This document shows positions 58,461-64,000 of a stretch of 64,000 nucleotides of DNA, in pieces. Numbering within the stretch: the stretch's first letter is position 1; each line of letters opens with the position of its first letter. Position numbers and translations under genes: made by a program. The notes under the pieces are model-generated. The model saw nothing but the letters and a program-made list of their open reading frames with translations. It made no database searches and was not told where the DNA came from. This stretch comes from Eledone cirrhosa (taxonomy: Eukaryota), in assembly GCA_964016885.1 (NCBI GenBank), contig OZ024741.1, positions 115,754,001-115,818,000 of the forward strand, read 5' to 3'.

Positions 58461-61400
58461 TATACATATAATTCTGACTGAAAGATGATCTTGAGGTAGG
58501 GGTTACATTTGTCATAGAATATAGATATAACTCTGATTGAAAGATTATCTTGACGTAGGGGTTACATTTGTCATAGAATATAGATATAACTCTGACTGAA
58601 AGATGTTCTTGAGGTGGGGGTTACATTTGACATAGAATATAGTTATAACTCTGTCTGAAAGATGTTCTTGAGGTGGGGTTTAAATTTGTCATAGAATATA
58701 GATATAACTCTGATAGAAAGATTTTCTTGGGGTAGGGGTTACATTTGTCATAGAATATACATATAATTCTGATTGAAAGATGTTCTTGAGGTGGGGGTTA
58801 CATTTGTCATAGAATATAGATATAACTCTGATAGAAAGATGTTCTTGAGGTGGGGGTTACATTTGTCATAGAATATAGATATAACTCTGTTTGAAAGATG
58901 TTCTTCAGGTGGGGGTTACATTTGTCATAGAATATAGATATAACTCTGATAGAAAGATGTTCTTGGGGTAGGGGTTACATTTGTCATAGAATATACATAT
59001 AATTCTGACTGAAAGATGTTCTTGAGGTGGGGGTTACATTTGACATAGAATATAGATATAACTCTGACTGAAAGATGTTCTTGAGGTGGGGGTTACATTT
59101 GTCATAGAATATAGTTATAACTCTGTCTGAAAGATGTTCTTGAGGTGGGGGTTAAATTTGTCATAGAATATAGATATAACTCTGATAGAAAGATGTTCTT
59201 GAGGTGGGGGTTACATTTGTCATAGAATATAGATATAACTCTGTTTGAAAGATGTTCTTGAGGTGGGGGTTACATTTGTCATAGAATATAGATATAACTC
59301 TGATAGAAAGATGTTCTTGGGGTAGGGGTTACATTTGTCATAGAATATATATATAACTCTGTTTGAAAGATGTTCTTGAGGTGGGGGTTACATTTGTCAT
59401 AGAATATAGATATAACTCTGACTGAAAGATATTAATGAGGTAGAGGTTACAATTGTCATAGAATATAGATATAACTCTGATCGAAAGATATACTTGAGGT
59501 GGGGGTTACATTTGTCATAGAATATAGATATAACTCTGATTGAAAGATGTTCTTGAGTTGGGGTTACATTTTTCATAGGATATAGATATAACCCTGATGG
59601 AAAGATGTTCTTGAGGTGGGGGTTACATTTGTCATAGAATATAGATATAACTCTGATTGAAAGATTTTGTTGAGGTAGGGGTTACATTTGTCATAGAATA
59701 TAGATATAACTCTGTTTGAAAGATGTTCTTGTGGTAGGGGTTACATTTGTCATAGAATATAGATATATCTCTGAATGAAAGATGTTCTTGAGGTAGGGGT
59801 TACATTTGGCATAGAATATAGACATAACCCTGATCGAAAGATGTTCTTGAGGTGGGGGTTACATTTGTCGTAGAATATAGATATAACCCTGATTGACAGA
59901 TTTTGTTGAGGTGGGGGTTACATTTGTCATAGAATATAGATATAACTCTGATAGAAAGATGTTCTTGGGGTAGGGGTTACATTTGTCATAGAACATACAT
60001 ATAATTCTGACTGAAAGATGTTCTTGAGGTGGGGGTTAAATTTGTCATAGAATATAGATATAACTCTGATAGAAAGATGTTCTTGGGGTAGGGGTTACAT
60101 TTGTCATAGAATATATATATAACTCTGTTTGAAAGATGTTCTTGGGGTGGGGGTTACATTTGTCATAGAATATAGATATAACTCTGACTGAAAGATATTA
60201 ATGAGGTAGGGGTTACAATTGTCATAGAATATAGATATAACTCTGATCGAAAGATATACTTGAGGTGGGGGTTACATTTGTCATAGGATATAGATATAAC
60301 CCTGATGGAAAGATGTTCTTGAGGTGGGGGTTACATTTGTCATAGAATATAGATATAACTCTGATTGAAAGATTTTGTTGAGCTAGGGGTTACATTTGTC
60401 ATAGAATATAGATATAACTCTGTTTGAAAGATGTTCTTGTGGTAGGGGTTACATTTGTCATAGAATATAGATATATCTCTGAATGAAAGATGTTCTTGAG
60501 GTAGGGGTTACATTTGTCATAGAATATAGGTATAACTCTTATTGAAATATTATCTTGAGGTAGGGTTAACATTTGTCATAGAATATAGATATAACTCTGA
60601 GTGAAAGATGTGCTTGAGGTAGGGGGGTTACATTTGTCATAGAAAATAGATATAACTCTGATTGAAAGATGTACTTGAAGTAGGGGTTACATTTGTCATA
60701 GAATATAGATATAACTCTGATTGAAAGATGTTCTTGAAATGGGGGTTACATTTGTCATAGAATATAGATATAACTCTGATTGAAAGATGTGGTTGAGGTA
60801 GGGGTTACATTTGTCATAGAATATAGATATAACCCTGATTGAAAGATTTTGTTGAGGTGGGGGTTACATTTGTCATAGAATATAGATATAACCCTGATTG
60901 AAAGAGGTGGTTGAGGTAGGGGTTACATTTGTCATAGAATAGAGATATAACACTGATTGAAAGATTTTGTTGAGGTGGCGGTTACATTTGTCATAGAATA
61001 TATATATAACCCTGATTGAAAGATTTTGCTGAGGTGGGGGTTACATTTGTCATAGAATAGAGATATAACACTGATTGAAAGATTTTGTTGAGGTGGGGGT
61101 TACATTTGTCATAGAATATAGATATAACCCTGATTGAAAGATTTTGCTGAGGTGGGGGTTATATTTGTCATAGAATAGAGATATAACACTGATTGAAAGG
61201 TTTTGTTGAGGTGGGGCTTACATTTGTCATAGAATATAAATATAACTCTGATTGAAAGATTTTGTTGAGGTGGGGGTTACATTTGTCATAGAATATGGAT
61301 ATAACTCTGATAGAAAGATGATCTTCAGGTGGGGGTTACATTTGTCATAGAATATAGATATAACTCTGATTGAAAGATTTTGTTGAGGTAGGGGTTACAT

Positions 61401-64000
61401 TTGTCATAGAATATAGATATAACTCTGTTTGAAAGATGTTCTTGAGATGGGGGTTACATTTGTCTTAGAATATAGATATAACTCTGATTGAAAGATGTTC
61501 TTGAGGTGGGGGTTACATTTGTCATAGAATATAGATATAACTCTGATTGAATGATTTTGTTGAGGTAGGGGTTACATTTGTCATAGAATATAGATATAAC
61601 TCTGATAGAAAGTTGTTCTTGGGGTAGGGGTTACATTTGTCATAGAATATACATATAATTCTGACTGAAAGATGTTCTTGAGGTGGGGGTTACATTTGTC
61701 ATAGAACATAGATATAACTCTGACTGAAAGATGTTCTTGAGGTGGGGGTTACATTTGTCATAGAATATAGATATAACTCTGATAGAAAGTTAGTCTTGGG
61801 GTAGGGGTTACATTTGTCATAGAATATACATATAATTCTGACTGAAAAATGTTCTTGAGGTGGGGGTTACATTTGTCATAGTATATAGATATAACTCTGA
61901 TAGAATGTTGTTCTTGGGGTAGGGGTTACATTTGTCATAGAATATACATATAATTCTGACTGAAAGATGTTCTTGAGGTGGGGGTTACATTTGTCATAGA
62001 ATATAGATATAACTCTGAGTGAAAGATGTTCTTGAGGTGGGGGTTACATTTGTCATAGAATATAGATATAACTCTGATAGAAAGATGTTCTTGGGGTAGG
62101 AGTTACATTTGTCATAGAATATACATATAATTCTGACTGAAAGATGTTCTTGAGGTGGGGGTTACATTTGTCAGAGAATATAGATATAACTCTGACTGAA
62201 AGATGTTCTTGAGGTGGGGGTTACATTTGTCATAGAATATAGATATAACTCTGATTGAAAGATGTTCTTGAGGTGGGGGTTACATTTGTCATAGAATATA
62301 TATATAACTCTGATAGAAAGATGTTCTTGAGGTGGGGGTTACATTTGTCATAGAATATAGATATAACTCTGACTGAAAGATATTAATGAGGTAGGGGTTA
62401 CAATTGTCATAGAATATAGATATAACTCTGATCGAAAGATATACTTGAGGTGGGGGTTACATTTGTCATAGGATATAGATATAACCCTGATGGAAAGATG
62501 TTCTTGAGGTGGGGGTTACATTTGTCATAGAATATAGATATAACTCTGATTGAAAGATTTTGTTGAGGTAGGGGTTACATTTGTCATAGAATATATATAT
62601 AACTCAGATTGAAAAATTATCTTGAGGTAGGGGTTACATTTGTCATAGAATATATTTATAACTCTGATAGAAAGATTATCTTGAGGTGGGGGTTACATTT
62701 GTCATAGAACATATATATAACTCTGTCTGAAAGATGTTCTTGAGGTGGGGGTTACATTTGTCATAGAATATAGATATAACTCTGTCTGAAAGATGTTCTT
62801 GAGGTGGGGGTTACATTTGTCATAGAATATAGATATAACTCTGTCTGAAAGATGTTCTTGAGGTGGGGGTTACATTTGTCATAGAATATAGATATATCTC
62901 TGAATGAAAGATGTTCTTGAGGTAGGGGTTACATTTGTCATAGAATATAGACATATACCTGATCGAAAGTTGTTCTTGAGGTGGGGGTTACATTTGTCAT
63001 AGAATATAGGTATAACTCTTATTGAAATATTATCTTGAGGTAGGGGTAACATTTGTCATAGAATATAGATATAACTCTGATTGAAAGATGTTCTTGAGGT
63101 GGGGTTTACATTTGTCATAGAATATAGATATAACTCTGATTGAAAGATGTGGTTGAGGTAGGGGTTACATTTGTCATAGAATATAGATATAACTCTGATT
63201 GAAAGATGTTCTTCAGGTGGGGGTTACATTTGTCATAGAATATAGATATAACTCTGATTGAAAGATTTTGTTGAGGTGGGGCATACATTTGTCATAGAAT
63301 ATAGATATAACTCTGATTGAAAGATTTTGTTGAGGTGGGGTTACATTTGTCATAGAATTTAGATATAACTCTGATAGAAAGATGATCTTGAGGTAGGGGT
63401 TACACTTGTCCTAGGATATAGATATAACCTTGATTGAAAGATGTTCTTGAGGTAGGGGTTACATTTGTCATAGAGTATAGATATAACTCTGTTTGAAAGA
63501 TGTTCTTGAGATGGGGGTTACATTTGTCATAGAATATAGATATAACTCTGATTGAAAGATGTTCTTGAGGTGGGGGTTACATTTGTCAGAGAATATAGAT
63601 ATAACTCTGATTGAATGATTTTGTTGAGGTAGGGTTTACATTTGTGATAGAATATATATATAACTCTGATTGAAAGATGTTCTTCAGGTGGGGGTTACAT
63701 TTGTCATAGAATATAGATATAACTCTGTCTGAAAGATGTTCTTGAGGTGGGGGTTACATTTGTCATAGAATATAGATATAACTCTGTCTGAAAGATGTTC
63801 TTGAGGTGGGGTTACATTTGTCATAGAATATAGATATATCCCTGATCGAAAGATGTTCTTGAGGTGGGGGTTACATTTGTCATAGAATATAGGTATAACT
63901 CTTATTGAAATATTATATTGAGGTAGGGGTAACATTTGTCATAGAATATAGATATAACTCTGAGTGAAAGATGTGCTTCAGGTAGGGCGGGTTACATTTG

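Larger units (their letters stand above)
1..64000. repeat. Tandem satellite DNA array, 59-bp monomer, about 1,085 copies, single orientation, extending beyond both window ends
   Basis: The pattern shifts by 1 base per 60-base line, giving a period of 59. The consensus ACTCTGATTGAAAGATGTTCTTGAGGTGGGGGTTACATTTGTCATAGAATATAGATATA is recognisable throughout, with a few substitutions per copy and occasional G-tract indels (58-62 bp monomers). Confidence 0.99.

Noticed and set aside
63684-63935. 83-aa minus-strand ORF
   Set aside because: Same artefact, caused by the 4-G deletion at 63808-63811. There is no domain or gene context.
1-64000. Giant repeat protein on the minus strand under an alternative genetic code (55 open codons per 59)
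   Set aside because: Both TGA and TAA would need reassignment. The unit length is not a multiple of 3, and frame-shifting G-tract indels are common and tolerated.
1-64000. Sequencing concatemer, rolling-circle or synthetic artefact
   Set aside because: Variants recur in ordered, nested, lineage-consistent cassettes, which random error on one template would not produce. Individual perfect duplications still need read support.

Overview
The whole 64 kb window is one uninterrupted, head-to-tail tandem satellite array. The monomer is 59 bp, with consensus ACTCTGATTGAAAGATGTTCTTGAGGTGGGGGTTACATTTGTCATAGAATATAGATATA (about 1,085 copies; 20/59 G+C; 15 G versus 5 C on the + strand; no CpG in the consensus). 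The array runs off both ends of the window. I see no genes, RNA genes, transposon insertions, inversions or unique sequence. The two listed ORFs are by-products of 1-bp G-tract deletions. The information is in the monomer variants: recurrent variant monomers form ordered cassettes, copied in nested tandem duplications of 5 to about 95 monomers with no single fixed higher-order period, and the variant mix shifts from left to right. The array resembles eukaryotic (peri)centromeric or heterochromatic satellite DNA, but I do not recognise the family or organism and function cannot be read from the sequence. I found no evidence for a new gene-based system. Coordinates were read by eye, so block boundaries are approximate.
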